Assembly (NCBI GenBank): GCA_029974275.1 | Contig: JARKSN010000191.1 | Coordinates: 1 to 18,118, forward strand | DNA from: Candidatus Hydrogenedentota bacterium | Lineage (GTDB): Bacteria > Hydrogenedentota > Hydrogenedentia > Hydrogenedentales > SLHB01 | Length of the DNA stretch: 18,118 nucleotides | Direction: 5' to 3' | In this document: piece by piece, positions 8,043 through 16,882 of the stretch | How positions within the stretch are numbered: position 1 is the stretch's first letter | How the letters are laid out: the number at the start of each line of letters is the position of its first letter | Translations under genes and position numbers: made by a program | The notes under the pieces: generated by a model | Databases searched by the model: none | What the model was told of the DNA's origin: nothing | What the model saw: the letters and a program-made list of their open reading frames with translations, nothing else

Positions 8043-8975
8043 TTACATGGCCCGAGGCAATATGCCTTCCTGTTTCAGAAATTCGAGGGCCAGCCGTTCG
8101 TCGGCTCCGTCCACCCAATGAATCGGAGCGCCGTTGCGTTCCATCCGGCGAAACCACGTCTCCTGTCGTTTCGCAAACTGCCCGATGGCAACCGCCAGTT
8201 GATCCAAAAGGCATCCGAAATCACGCATTTCTCCCCTGAAATACCGCGCGATGTACCGGTATTCGAGGCCGAGAAAGTCCAGCGTCTGATACGACACTCC
8301 CTGTTCGAGCAGTCCTTTCACTTCGTCGATCATGCCCGCATCAAAACGGGCGCGCAATCGATCCCGGATACGCGCGCGCAGGATCGGTCGCGGCCAGCGC
8401 ACGCCCAGCAACGCCGCGCGGATGTCCGGCGCGGGGGGCGGAACATGCGTTTGGGCGTATTCCGCGATTTCGATTGCCCGGATGAGGCGATCCCGATCGG
8501 TTGTGTCGGTCGTGTTGTGCAACGACGTTTTCACGGCGCGCAGCCGCGCCGCGAGGACTTCGTCCGACAACAAGGCGAGTTCTGCTCGCAATGCCGGGTT
8601 TTCGGGCGCTTCCACCATGCGGTAGCCGCGCCATATGGCATCCAAGTAGAGGCCCGTGCCGCCCACCACAATTGGCATGATACCGCGCGTCCGCAACGTT
8701 TCGAACACGTTGTAGAAACGTTGCTGGTACTCGAACACGTTGAACTCGTGGCTCAGATCCACGATGTCTATCAAATGGTAGGGCACCGGCACGCCGTCCA
8801 CGACGTATTCGTCGATATCTTTGCCTGAGCCCAACGTCAACCCGCGATACGCCTGCCGCGAGTCCGCCGAGACAATCTCGCCGCCCAATGCGCGCGCCAA
8901 CCGCACGCCCAGGCGCGTCTTCCCGGAGGCCGTCGGCCCCAGGACGATCACGGCGTTTTTCGATCCTGCTTCCAT
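8043..8975 (-). CDS. miaA: tRNA dimethylallyltransferase MiaA, 310 aa
   Basis: GPTASGKT P-loop, EIVSADSRQAYRG, PYHLIDI, IVVGGTGLY, RLIRAIEI, FAKRQETWFR. Start reassigned to ATG 8975 because the track start overlaps the upstream gene. Confidence 0.96.
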   Translation of the reverse strand: MEAGSKNAVIVLGPTASGKTRLGVRLARALGGEIVSADSRQAYRGLTLGSGKDIDEYVVDGVPVPYHLIDIVDLSHEFNVFEYQQRFYNVFETLRTRGIMPIVVGGTGLYLDAIWRGYRMVEAPENPALRAELALLSDEVLAARLRAVKTSLHNTTDTTDRDRLIRAIEIAEYAQTHVPPPAPDIRAALLGVRWPRPILRARIRDRLRARFDAGMIDEVKGLLEQGVSYQTLDFLGLEYRYIARYFRGEMRDFGCLLDQLAVAIGQFAKRQETWFRRMERNGAPIHWVDGADERLALEFLKQEGILPRAM

Positions 8976-9003
8976 GGACCTCGAAACCAAGCCGGGCTGG
9001 CCG

Positions 9004-12000
9004 TCAAAGGATTCGCAGCGCCGCGTTGATGACCAGTTGGACATCGAGGGCGTCGGTCGCATTGTCGCCCGTGACATCGGTCAAGAACGGCACCGGCAAC
9101 CGCAACGCGCCGTTGATCGTCAACTGCACGTCGAGGGCGTCGACGTTGCCATCGTAGTTCACGTCGTAGGGCCAGTCATCGTTTCGGTCCAACGGATTGC
9201 GCCCCGCAAACGTCTCCGGGCCATCCAACTCGCCGCCGCCATCGGTGTCCGCAATCTGCGGGTGCGTGCCCTGCGCATATTCGCCGGCATTGTTCAGCCG
9301 ATCCGCGTCGGGGTCGCCGTCCGCGCCATCGTCGCCTACCGCAGAGGTGGGATCGAGCTGGCAAGCGACTTCCCAGCCGTCGGGCAGTCCGTCGCCATCG
9401 GTATCGGCATTACGGGGATTGGTGCCGAGAATGGCTTCCTCGGCGTTGGAGAGATTGTCCTGGTCGGGGTCGCCGTCCGCGCCATCATTTCCGATGGCGC
9501 TGGTTGGATCGAGGCCATAGGCGATTTCCCAACCATCGAGCAATCCATCTCCGTCCGTATCGACGTTGCGTGGATTGGTCCCGTGGGCGTATTCGTCCAC
9601 ATTCCGGACGTTGTCCTCGTCGGGGTCGCCGTCCGCGCCATCGTCGCCAGCCGTAGAGGTGGGATCAAGCTGGTAAGCGACTTCCCAGCCGTCGGGCAGT
9701 CCGTCCCCATCGGTATCCGAGTTGCGGGGACTTGTGTCGTGGAGATATTCATCGCTGTTGGACAGGTTATCGTCGTCGGGATCGCCGTCTTTGCCGTCGT
9801 TGCCGACGGCGCTGTTTGGATTCAGGCTGTAGCGCACTTCCCAGTCGTCGGGCAGTCCGTCTCCGTCGGTATCAGCATTGCGGGGATTGGCGCCGAGAAG
9901 GAATTCCGTAAGGTTGTCGAGATTGTCCATATCCGGGTCGCCGTCCGGGCCGTCGTCGCCCGTCGGGGATGTGGGATCGAGTTGATAGCGCACTTCCCAG
10001 TCGTCGGGCAGTCCGTCCCCGTCGGTGTCCAATGCTCGCGGATGCATATTCCGGGCGAATTCCTCCGCATTTGTGAGTCCGTCGCCGTCTGGATCTCCGT
10101 TGGCGCCGTCGTCGCCCAAGGCGGACCGTGGATTGAGACCGTGAGCGACTTCCCAGCCGTCGGGCAATCCGTCTCCATCGGTATCCTGGGCCAGGGGGTC
10201 CGTGCCGAGTCCAATCTCTTCGCCGTCATCGAGCCCGTCGCCGTCGGTGTCGGGCAGCGCCGGGTTCGTGCCATACAGGCGCACTTCGTCGCCATCGCCG
10301 ATTCCGTCGCCGTCGGTGTCGGCAACATCCGGCTGGGTTCCGTGCGTCGCCTCTTCGCTATCGGGAAGACCGTCGCCGTCGCTATCGACGCCGCCCACCC
10401 CGGAAAGGGCCACTCCGATTCGGGACGCGCCGGGATCGTCGCTGGCAATAACGAGTTCGCCGGTAAATACGCCCGCGTGCGGGGGCTCGAAATGAATGTT
10501 CAGCGCGGCCGCCTGACCCGCGTTCAGCACGTTTACCACAGGCGGCGTGACAAATGAGAATGCCGCGCCTGGCACGTCCGGCGCGGACACCGAGACATTG
10601 TCAAAATAGTGTTCTGCGGTGGGAATGGAATGGGTGAACCCCACGAGCCCCAAGCGGCCCGGACCCTTCACGTCGTTGTCGAGGCCTGACCAGACGACGA
10701 CGCCATTGATTTCGAAGGCGAGGGTGTTGCCCACGACGGTGGCCCGCAGGCGATTGGGACTGGACATGCCCTGGATAATGGAGGGGAAACCCGTGGCGAC
10801 GAGGGAGATGGCTCCATCCACCGATTTGACGACCTCGAACGTGTTGACGCCGGTCCTCTCGAATATCTGAAACACATAGGCGGAGCCCGCGCCATCGTAG
10901 TTGAAATCCGCAGAAGCGCGCACCGCGATCCCCGCGGCAGGCGCATTGCTACCGATGCGAGTCAATGTCGCTTCAACGGAGAGGTCTTCCCACGTCTGGC
11001 CGTCATAAAGCGAGGTCATGAAATCGTTTGTTCCGGCAAGGTTTTTTGCGCGATACCGGCCTGTCTCGACGGTCCAGTTTGCGGGCACGTCGGGAACCCA
11101 GTTCGCAGCCGCGCCCGATCCGAAACTTTCGTCGTAGGCTCCTGGCGTCAGCAGGGCGATCCGGCTGATCTGGAGAGGAACCGGACCGGCGTTGGTCAGG
11201 ACGATCTGGGCTGTGCGGTGTTGGGGAGCGACATAATCCGTTGGGGCGAAAGGAACGCGATGGTCTGTGTCCGGCGCGATCGAATCGGTCACGAGCAACG
11301 CAGCATCCGCTCCCGGGAAAGGATAGAGTTCGACCGCCCGACAGGCCTGTTCGAGGTTCTCCTTGTCCGCCTGCGTGTACCGAAGGTTGATGGCGGCTTG
11401 GCGAAGGGCATTGTAAAAATCGACGAAGTCCGCCCCGGAAAGGAGCAGGTTCTTCTGCGCTTCGTAATAGAGCGCGCTTACCCGGCCAATGCCCCACCCC
11501 GCGACCGTGCGGCCGTTGAAGGAGCCTCCGTCCGTCAGCAGGTAGGCCAACTTGTTCAGCACGCCGCTGTTGTGGTGCACGCCGCCGTTGTCGTCGATTC
11601 CCCGATAAAACGTGGGGCTGCCGACGCGGTCTGGCTGGGGCGTGATCACGCCATCGAGGTTGCTCGGGAATGCGGGAGGATCGGCCATGTTGCGCACCGC
11701 CACGTAAGGCGCGGGAAAGGGCAATTGATCGCCGATGAGCCAACGGCTTCCGGGCGGAACGGCGTCATAGGTTTGTTGGACGAACTCGCCCCACATATCG
11801 GAAAATGATTCGCTGATGGCGCCTGACTGGCCGTAGTAAATGAGGTTCGAATCGAATCCGATGATTCCCTGGACGTATTCGTGCCCTACGACGTCCGTGG
11901 CGCGGGAGAACCCGTCATAGAAGTAAAACCGCTGGTTTATCCGACTCCAATACGCGCCTGCCGAAGAAGCGGGGGCGTAGCGCACCGTCGCGCTCAGGGT

Positions 12001-12894
12001 CATGCCCGCCCCATCAACGCTGTCGCGGTCATGGTTGGAGGCGAAAAAATGATAGACATCGCCGAGACGAGCATACGCCTGATCGGCGTCCTCAATGCCG
12101 GAAGCGGACCCGCCTTCGACGCGGACCAACGCCCCGGGATTGGCTCCCGTTCCATTGGCATCGTGGATTTGGCGATCTAAAAGACGGTTGACGTTCGACA
12201 GGATGAACGCGATGGATCCGTCGCGCACTGCGACAAAAAACGCCCCCCCGCTTTCCGGATCGGCGGGACTTGCGATGTCGACGCGCCACGTCAGCGCCGG
12301 AACGCCTTTCATTCCCACGATAGCGGGGTCGAACCACATCAATTCGGGCGTCCGCAGGACAGCAAGGTCCGCCGCTTGCGTCGTCGCGGCGGCGGCAGCG
12401 AGGGCCGTCTTCATCGCCACGGTCGAATCCAACGCCGCCTCGGCTTCGACAGGACGATCGTCCAGAACGCTCGCCCCTGTAAACAGACGGCTGAGCACGC
12501 AGACCACGCCTCCAGCCCGGTTTAACTGCACAATGGCCTCTGCGCCAAAGACGCGATATCCGCGATAGGTCTGCCCCAAACGCACATATACGGCCCCCTC
12601 CTTGACGGCGGCCCGGACGACATCAAGCCCCACGCCGGGACTGTTCAGTCCAAAATCCGCAGCGCGGCCCCGCAGGAATTCCACGGCCAACCGTTCGGGC
12701 AACGCCTTGGCATGGACAGACGATTCCGTCGCATTGTCCGGCGCGGCAGCCCAATAGCGGATATACCCTGTTCCGTTGCGATGGACGATCTGCGAGTCTG
12801 CCTGCTCTTGGGCAACGGCGCCGTTTCCTCCCGCCAACAGAGCGGCAAGCGCCGCAAGCAAAACCATCCCATTCCGGACACACAGGCTGCTCAT
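9004..12894 (-). CDS. Secreted multidomain M4 (thermolysin-like) peptidase homologue with Ig-like and lectin-like domains, Asp-rich calcium-binding-type repeats and a C-terminal dockerin-like domain, ~1296 aa
   Basis: Signal peptide ([20 protein letters not shown]); FTP propeptide ([16 protein letters not shown]); PepSY-like ([16 protein letters not shown]); M4 motifs [63 protein letters not shown] 12894 is preferred over 12900 because AGGA lies 7 nt upstream. Confidence 0.9.
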   Translation of the reverse strand: MSSLCVRNGMVLLAALAALLAGGNGAVAQEQADSQIVHRNGTGYIRYWAAAPDNATESSVHAKALPERLAVEFLRGRAADFGLNSPGVGLDVVRAAVKEGAVYVRLGQTYRGYRVFGAEAIVQLNRAGGVVCVLSRLFTGASVLDDRPVEAEAALDSTVAMKTALAAAAATTQAADLAVLRTPELMWFDPAIVGMKGVPALTWRVDIASPADPESGGAFFVAVRDGSIAFILSNVNRLLDRQIHDANGTGANPGALVRVEGGSASGIEDADQAYARLGDVYHFFASNHDRDSVDGAGMTLSATVRYAPASSAGAYWSRINQRFYFYDGFSRATDVVGHEYVQGIIGFDSNLIYYGQSGAISESFSDMWGEFVQQTYDAVPPGSRWLIGDQLPFPAPYVAVRNMADPPAFPSNLDGVITPQPDRVGSPTFYRGIDDNGGVHHNSGVLNKLAYLLTDGGSFNGRTVAGWGIGRVSALYYEAQKNLLLSGADFVDFYNALRQAAINLRYTQADKENLEQACRAVELYPFPGADAALLVTDSIAPDTDHRVPFAPTDYVAPQHRTAQIVLTNAGPVPLQISRIALLTPGAYDESFGSGAAANWVPDVPANWTVETGRYRAKNLAGTNDFMTSLYDGQTWEDLSVEATLTRIGSNAPAAGIAVRASADFNYDGAGSAYVFQIFERTGVNTFEVVKSVDGAISLVATGFPSIIQGMSSPNRLRATVVGNTLAFEINGVVVWSGLDNDVKGPGRLGLVGFTHSIPTAEHYFDNVSVSAPDVPGAAFSFVTPPVVNVLNAGQAAALNIHFEPPHAGVFTGELVIASDDPGASRIGVALSGVGGVDSDGDGLPDSEEATHGTQPDVADTDGDGIGDGDEVRLYGTNPALPDTDGDGLDDGEEIGLGTDPLAQDTDGDGLPDGWEVAHGLNPRSALGDDGANGDPDGDGLTNAEEFARNMHPRALDTDGDGLPDDWEVRYQLDPTSPTGDDGPDGDPDMDNLDNLTEFLLGANPRNADTDGDGLPDDWEVRYSLNPNSAVGNDGKDGDPDDDNLSNSDEYLHDTSPRNSDTDGDGLPDGWEVAYQLDPTSTAGDDGADGDPDEDNVRNVDEYAHGTNPRNVDTDGDGLLDGWEIAYGLDPTSAIGNDGADGDPDQDNLSNAEEAILGTNPRNADTDGDGLPDGWEVACQLDPTSAVGDDGADGDPDADRLNNAGEYAQGTHPQIADTDGGGELDGPETFAGRNPLDRNDDWPYDVNYDGNVDALDVQLTINGALRLPVPFLTDVTGDNATDALDVQLVINAALRIL
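9250..10185 (-). repeat. Six tandem 156-bp (52-aa) intragenic repeats, [19 protein letters not shown]...[19 protein letters not shown]...NPRNA
   Basis: Units end at 10185, 10029, 9873, 9717, 9561 and 9405, an exact 156-bp period. Three shorter 22-23-aa DxDGDG units precede them (10186-10386). Confidence 0.95.
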
Positions 12895-12989
12895 AGACAT
12901 ATCCTTTCTTATTTAATCCGTCGCTTTCCGACCGGATTGGCGCGGGGACGAACATGCGCCCTTCGCCGAAGCCCTCACTCGCCGGCGCT

Positions 12990-12998
12990 ATTTTACCA
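12990..12998 (-). promoter_or_regulatory. Putative extended -10 element for the M4-like gene
   Basis: Minus strand TGGTAAAAT; no convincing -35 at the expected spacing. Confidence 0.4.
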
Positions 12999-13165
12999 TG
13001 CTCGACACGACAAACGGGATCGGCGTGTCGGTTTTTTTCCAAGACAGACGTCCCTCGCCCATGAAGGCGCTTCGCCCTTGCCCGGATTATTGGATTCCCC
13101 TTCCCGCGATTCGGTATGCTACAGCTCTTCTGTATCCTGGGAACGCGGCAAGTAAGGAATAGCAC

Positions 13166-14230
13166 ATGGCAACGGACAAACGGGAGATCATTCTCTCAGG
13201 CATTCGCCCGACGGGGCGGCTTCATTATGGCAATTATTTCGGGGCGATCCGGGCATTTTTGGACCTGCAGGAGCAGGGGCACCGGTGCTATTACTTCATT
13301 GCGGACTATCACGCCCTGACAACCATCACCGAGCGCATGGACCTCTACCGCCAGACCATCGACATGCTGCGGACGTACGTCGCGTGCGGGCTCGACCCGG
13401 CCAAGTCGGTCATCTATCGGCAAAGCGACCTGCCGTGCACCGCCGAATTGACCCTGCTGCTGGGAATGATCACCAACATCGGTCACCTCGAACGCGGCAC
13501 GACCTACAAGGACAAGATGGCCAAGTTGACGTCGGAGTCAGAAGGCCTTGAAGGCAATCCGCTTTCGTACGGGCTGCTGGGCTACCCTGTGCTGATGGCG
13601 GCGGACATTTTGATTGTAAAGGCCGACAAAGTCCCCGTGGGCGACGATCAGCGCCAGCACGTGGAAATGGCCATCGAGATGGCCCGCAAGTTCAACCACC
13701 GATTTGGCGAGGTGCTGAAGGTGCCGGCGTCGGTCCCGCGCAATGCTTTGCGGTTGCCGGGGTTGGACGGGTCGGCCAAGATGGGCAAGAGCGACAACAA
13801 CACGCTTGACCTGCTCGACGACCCGAAGACCGTCCTCGCGAAGATCAAGGGCGTCCAGACCACGACCGATCCCCTGCCGTTGTCCAGCGACAGCGACGAC
13901 CCCGACGCGATTATCCCGCAGATGCCGCCGAGCCTGGGCGCGCTGTACCGGATGTTGCATTTGCTCGCGCCGGAAGACGTGTACCAGGATTTCGTCGGAA
14001 AATACCGGCGCGGCGAGAAGTTTTACGGGACGCTCAAAACGACCTTGGCCGAGCACGTGTCGAAATTCAACGCGCCCATTATCGAGGGATTCAACGCGCC
14101 GGGCAACACCGAGGCGACGGTTTGTGAATTCCTGCGCGCCAACGCCGAGAAGGTGACGGAGACCGCGCTCGATACGGTCGAGTCGTGTAAGGCGGCGATG
14201 GGCCTGGGCCGAAGCCTGTTCCGGGCATGA
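13166..14230 (+). CDS. trpS: Tryptophanyl-tRNA synthetase
   Basis: SGIRPTGRLHYGNY (HIGH motif), FIADYHALT, YPVLMAADIL, VPVGDDQRQHVE, KMGKS (KMSKS motif); AAGGA RBS. Confidence 0.97.
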   Translation: MATDKREIILSGIRPTGRLHYGNYFGAIRAFLDLQEQGHRCYYFIADYHALTTITERMDLYRQTIDMLRTYVACGLDPAKSVIYRQSDLPCTAELTLLLGMITNIGHLERGTTYKDKMAKLTSESEGLEGNPLSYGLLGYPVLMAADILIVKADKVPVGDDQRQHVEMAIEMARKFNHRFGEVLKVPASVPRNALRLPGLDGSAKMGKSDNNTLDLLDDPKTVLAKIKGVQTTTDPLPLSSDSDDPDAIIPQMPPSLGALYRMLHLLAPEDVYQDFVGKYRRGEKFYGTLKTTLAEHVSKFNAPIIEGFNAPGNTEATVCEFLRANAEKVTETALDTVESCKAAMGLGRSLFRA

Positions 14231-14247
14231 GTTCAGGCGCTTACAGG

Positions 14248-14276
14248 TAGAAATCGGCCGCCGGTCTTGGTATACT
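14248..14276 (+). promoter_or_regulatory. Putative sigma70 promoter of the acpP-fabF-rnc operon
   Basis: TAGAAA-N17-TATACT, with an extended -10 TG at 14268-14269. Confidence 0.6.
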
Positions 14277-14317
14277 TCCGCCGTTTTGCCGAGGGCGGAA
14301 CGGGCGCGCGAGCGTTC

Positions 14318-14353
14318 ATCCACAGGATTTAGGCAATCCACAGGATTTAGGTA
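14318..14353 (+). repeat. 18-bp direct tandem repeat in the acpP leader
   Basis: ATCCACAGGATTTAGGCA / ATCCACAGGATTTAGGTA (17 of 18 identical), directly before the GGGAGGTG RBS. Confidence 0.9.
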
Positions 14354-14370
14354 AAGGGAGGTGATGTTTA

Positions 14371-14619
14371 ATGGCCGAGAACAATGTTGCGGAAACCGTC
14401 ACGCGAATCGTCATCGAGAAACTCGATCGCAAACCTGAAGAAGTGACCATGGAAGCGCGTTTCATCGACGACCTGGGAGCGGACTCGCTCGATATCACGG
14501 AGCTGCTGATGGCCCTTGAAGAGGAATACAACATCGAGATCGACGACGAGGCGAACGCGATCCAGACGGTTGCCGACGCGGTGCACTACATCGAGGGAAA
14601 AGTGAAGGAAAAGGCATAA
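14371..14619 (+). CDS. acpP: Acyl carrier protein
   Basis: [23 protein letters not shown] phosphopantetheine-attachment motif; strong GGAGGTG RBS. Confidence 0.97.
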   Translation: MAENNVAETVTRIVIEKLDRKPEEVTMEARFIDDLGADSLDITELLMALEEEYNIEIDDEANAIQTVADAVHYIEGKVKEKA

Positions 14620-14659
14620 CTCGCCTTCCCCGGGGGCATTGGATTCCCCCCCGCCGCGA

Positions 14660-14878
14660 TGTCAACCACCGTGCGGTATGCGCTTGTCTCGAAGCGCGTG
14701 GTTGATGCCGGTTGACGATAGCGATCAACGTTCAGGCGCCCAGTTCCGCGCCGTTGCCGTGCGTCAGGCCAGGAGAGAGACGTTTGCCCATACAGGCAAG
14801 ACGGCCGTCCTGGATCGGACGTGGACAACGACAAGGGGTTCCGTCCACCGCACGGAGCGCCGGGCTGGGCGCATTTTT
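14660..14878 (+). other. Highly structured intergenic region (candidate cis-acting RNA)
   Basis: Multiple nested complementary segments found by eye (listed in the findings). I could not match it to an RNA family I know. Confidence 0.45.
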
Positions 14879-14904
14879 GCCTCAAACACGGGACAAATTA
14901 CGAC

Positions 14905-16134
14905 ATGACAAGAGACGTCGTGGTGACAGGGATGGGCGTGATCTCGCCCGCCGGGAACGATAAGGCCACGTTCTGGAAAAACATCTGCGGGGGATATCCC
15001 TGTCCCCGGCTCATCGAACACTTCGACACTTCCGAGCATGCCACCAAGTTCGCCGCCATGGCCCCCGATATCGAAAGCGAGGAGTTTTCGACCAAGGATA
15101 TGCGCCGGCGCGACCGCTACACGTTGTTTGCGCTGGCCGCTGGAAAACAGGCGTGGGACCAATCCGGTCTTGACATCAATCGCGAGGACCCGTTGCGTTG
15201 CGGCGTCATCATGGGCAGCGGCATCGGCGGCTTGAGCACCATTGAAGAACAGGTGACCGTCATGGTGCAGAAGGGACCGCGCCGCTTATCGCCGCTGATG
15301 ATCCCAAAATCCCTCAGCAACATGGCCTCCGGCGAAATGGCCATCCGGTTCGGACTCCAAGGTCCCAACAAGGCCATCGTCACCGCTTGCGCCGCAGGAG
15401 CCCAGAGCATTGGCGAAGCGGTCATGCTGATTCGCGCCGGATATGCGGACGTCATGCTCGCGGGCGGGTCCGAGTCCACCATCATCCCCTTTGGCGTCGC
15501 GGGCTTCTCCTCCATGAAGGCCCTGTCATGCCGCAACGACGATCCCGGACGCGCCAGCCGCCCCTTTGACCTCGATCGCGATGGCTTCGTGATGGGCGAA
15601 GGCGCGGGCGCGCTCGTTCTGGAATCCGAGGAGCATGCGCGGGCGCGCGGCGCCGAGATTCTCGGCGTCGTCGCCGGGCAAGGCGAGACGGGCGACGCCT
15701 ACCACATCACCGCGCCCAGGCCAGACGGTTCCGGCGCGGCGGCCGCCATGCGAGCCGCACTCAAGGACGCGGGCATGAACCCCGAGGACATCGACTACTA
15801 CAATGCCCATGGAACCAGCACAAAACTCAACGATATCGCCGAGACCCTTTCGTTGAAGGCCGTGTTCGGGGATCGAATGCCTCCCGTCAGTTCGACGAAA
15901 TCCATGATTGGCCACCTGCTTGGAGCGGCGGGCGCGGTGGAAGCCATCGTGAGTCTGTTGGCCATCCGCGACAACGTCCTGCCTCCCAATATCAACTATG
16001 ACACGCCTGATCCCGAGTGCGACGTCAACATCGTCGCCAACGAGGCGCGACCGGCGAAAGTCGACGTGGTCATGTCCAATTCGCTGGGATTTGGCGGCCA
16101 CAACGCTTCGCTCATTCTGAAGCGGTATGCGTGA
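14905..16134 (+). CDS. fabF: Beta-ketoacyl-ACP synthase II, 409 aa
   Basis: MTRDVVVTGMGVISP, GSGIGG, TACAAG (catalytic Cys), SRPFDLDRDGFVMGEGAG, NAHGTST and GHLLGAAG (two catalytic His), SNSLGFGGHN. Start reassigned to ATG 14905. Confidence 0.96.
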   Translation: MTRDVVVTGMGVISPAGNDKATFWKNICGGYPCPRLIEHFDTSEHATKFAAMAPDIESEEFSTKDMRRRDRYTLFALAAGKQAWDQSGLDINREDPLRCGVIMGSGIGGLSTIEEQVTVMVQKGPRRLSPLMIPKSLSNMASGEMAIRFGLQGPNKAIVTACAAGAQSIGEAVMLIRAGYADVMLAGGSESTIIPFGVAGFSSMKALSCRNDDPGRASRPFDLDRDGFVMGEGAGALVLESEEHARARGAEILGVVAGQGETGDAYHITAPRPDGSGAAAAMRAALKDAGMNPEDIDYYNAHGTSTKLNDIAETLSLKAVFGDRMPPVSSTKSMIGHLLGAAGAVEAIVSLLAIRDNVLPPNINYDTPDPECDVNIVANEARPAKVDVVMSNSLGFGGHNASLILKRYA

Positions 16135-16882
16135 CGACCCCGAGCGCGCGCGGCTGCTGACCTCCCTGGCGGAGCGTCTCGGCATCGAGTTTTCCAATCT
16201 CGACCTATTGGACCAGGCGCTCACGCATGCTTCCAGCGCTGGCGAAAACGAAGGGCCGCAGTACGACTACGAGACGCTTGAGTTTCTCGGAGACGCCGTG
16301 CTGGGATTGGCCGTGGCCCAGTATCTCTATGAACATGTTCCGGACCGTACGCCGGGCGAATACAGCCGGATGCGCGCATCGGTGGTGAACCGCAGGTGTT
16401 TGGCGCGCATCGCCCAAACGCTCGCGTTCGCTCCGGCCATCCGCCTCGGCAAAGGCGAAGAGCTTGCCGGCGGACGCCAGCGGATCGCCCTGTTGGCCGA
16501 TTGCCTGGAATCGGTCGTCGGGGCCGTTTTCCACGATTGTGGATGGGAAACGGCCCGCGCGTTCATTGAGCGAACGTTCGTTGCCGAACTTGAGCGCGCC
16601 ACACAGTCGGATCGGATTTGGGACTTCAAATCGCGACTGCAGCATTATTGTCAGGCGGAACGGATTCCTTTGCCTGTGTTTGTCGTTGTCCGATCGGAAG
16701 GTCCCGATCACCTCAAGGAATTCGAGGTTGAAGTTCAGTTGCGCGGGGAGCCTGTCGGTTGCGGCACGGGCCTGAGCAAAAAAGAAGCGGAACAAAATGC
16801 GGCGCGATCCGCTCTCGATCATGAAGGATTGCTGACCGGTGGCTCCAAATATCCCCTCTGCGAAAGCCGGCTTCGCCCATGA
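16127..16882 (+). CDS. rnc: Ribonuclease III
   Basis: QALTHAS, YETLEFLGDAVL, ADCLESVVGAV, and dsRBD DFKSRLQ...GLSKKEAEQNAA; overlaps the fabF end by 8 nt. Confidence 0.96.
   Translation: MRDDPERARLLTSLAERLGIEFSNLDLLDQALTHASSAGENEGPQYDYETLEFLGDAVLGLAVAQYLYEHVPDRTPGEYSRMRASVVNRRCLARIAQTLAFAPAIRLGKGEELAGGRQRIALLADCLESVVGAVFHDCGWETARAFIERTFVAELERATQSDRIWDFKSRLQHYCQAERIPLPVFVVVRSEGPDHLKEFEVEVQLRGEPVGCGTGLSKKEAEQNAARSALDHEGLLTGGSKYPLCESRLRP

Noticed and set aside
6673..8121. 482-aa plus-strand ORF
   Set aside because: Antisense to the histidine kinase; no recognisable family.
9250..10185. Periodic repeats as a CRISPR array or DGR template/variable repeat
   Set aside because: They are in-frame coding units without spacers. 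No cas or reverse transcriptase gene is present, and I saw no adenine-specific pattern in the differences.
8821..10557. 578-aa plus-strand ORF with repeats
   Set aside because: Antisense shadow of the Asp/Gly-rich repeats of the M4-like gene (GAC/GAT codons read as Val/Ile); no independent motif.
14316..14342. oriC suggested by DnaA-box-like words
   Set aside because: Only two imperfect boxes, no AT-rich unwinding element, and no dnaA-region genes.
14761..14813. GTCAGGCCAGGAGAGAGACG as SRP RNA or glycine riboswitch
   Set aside because: Lacks the SRP GGAAGGAAGCAGC motif and the glycine aptamer CCGAAG / CTCTCAGG segments.
14639..14908. 89-aa ORF between acpP and fabF
   Set aside because: Non-ATG start, no RBS, Arg/Pro-rich composition with no recognisable motif; the region is better explained by RNA structure.
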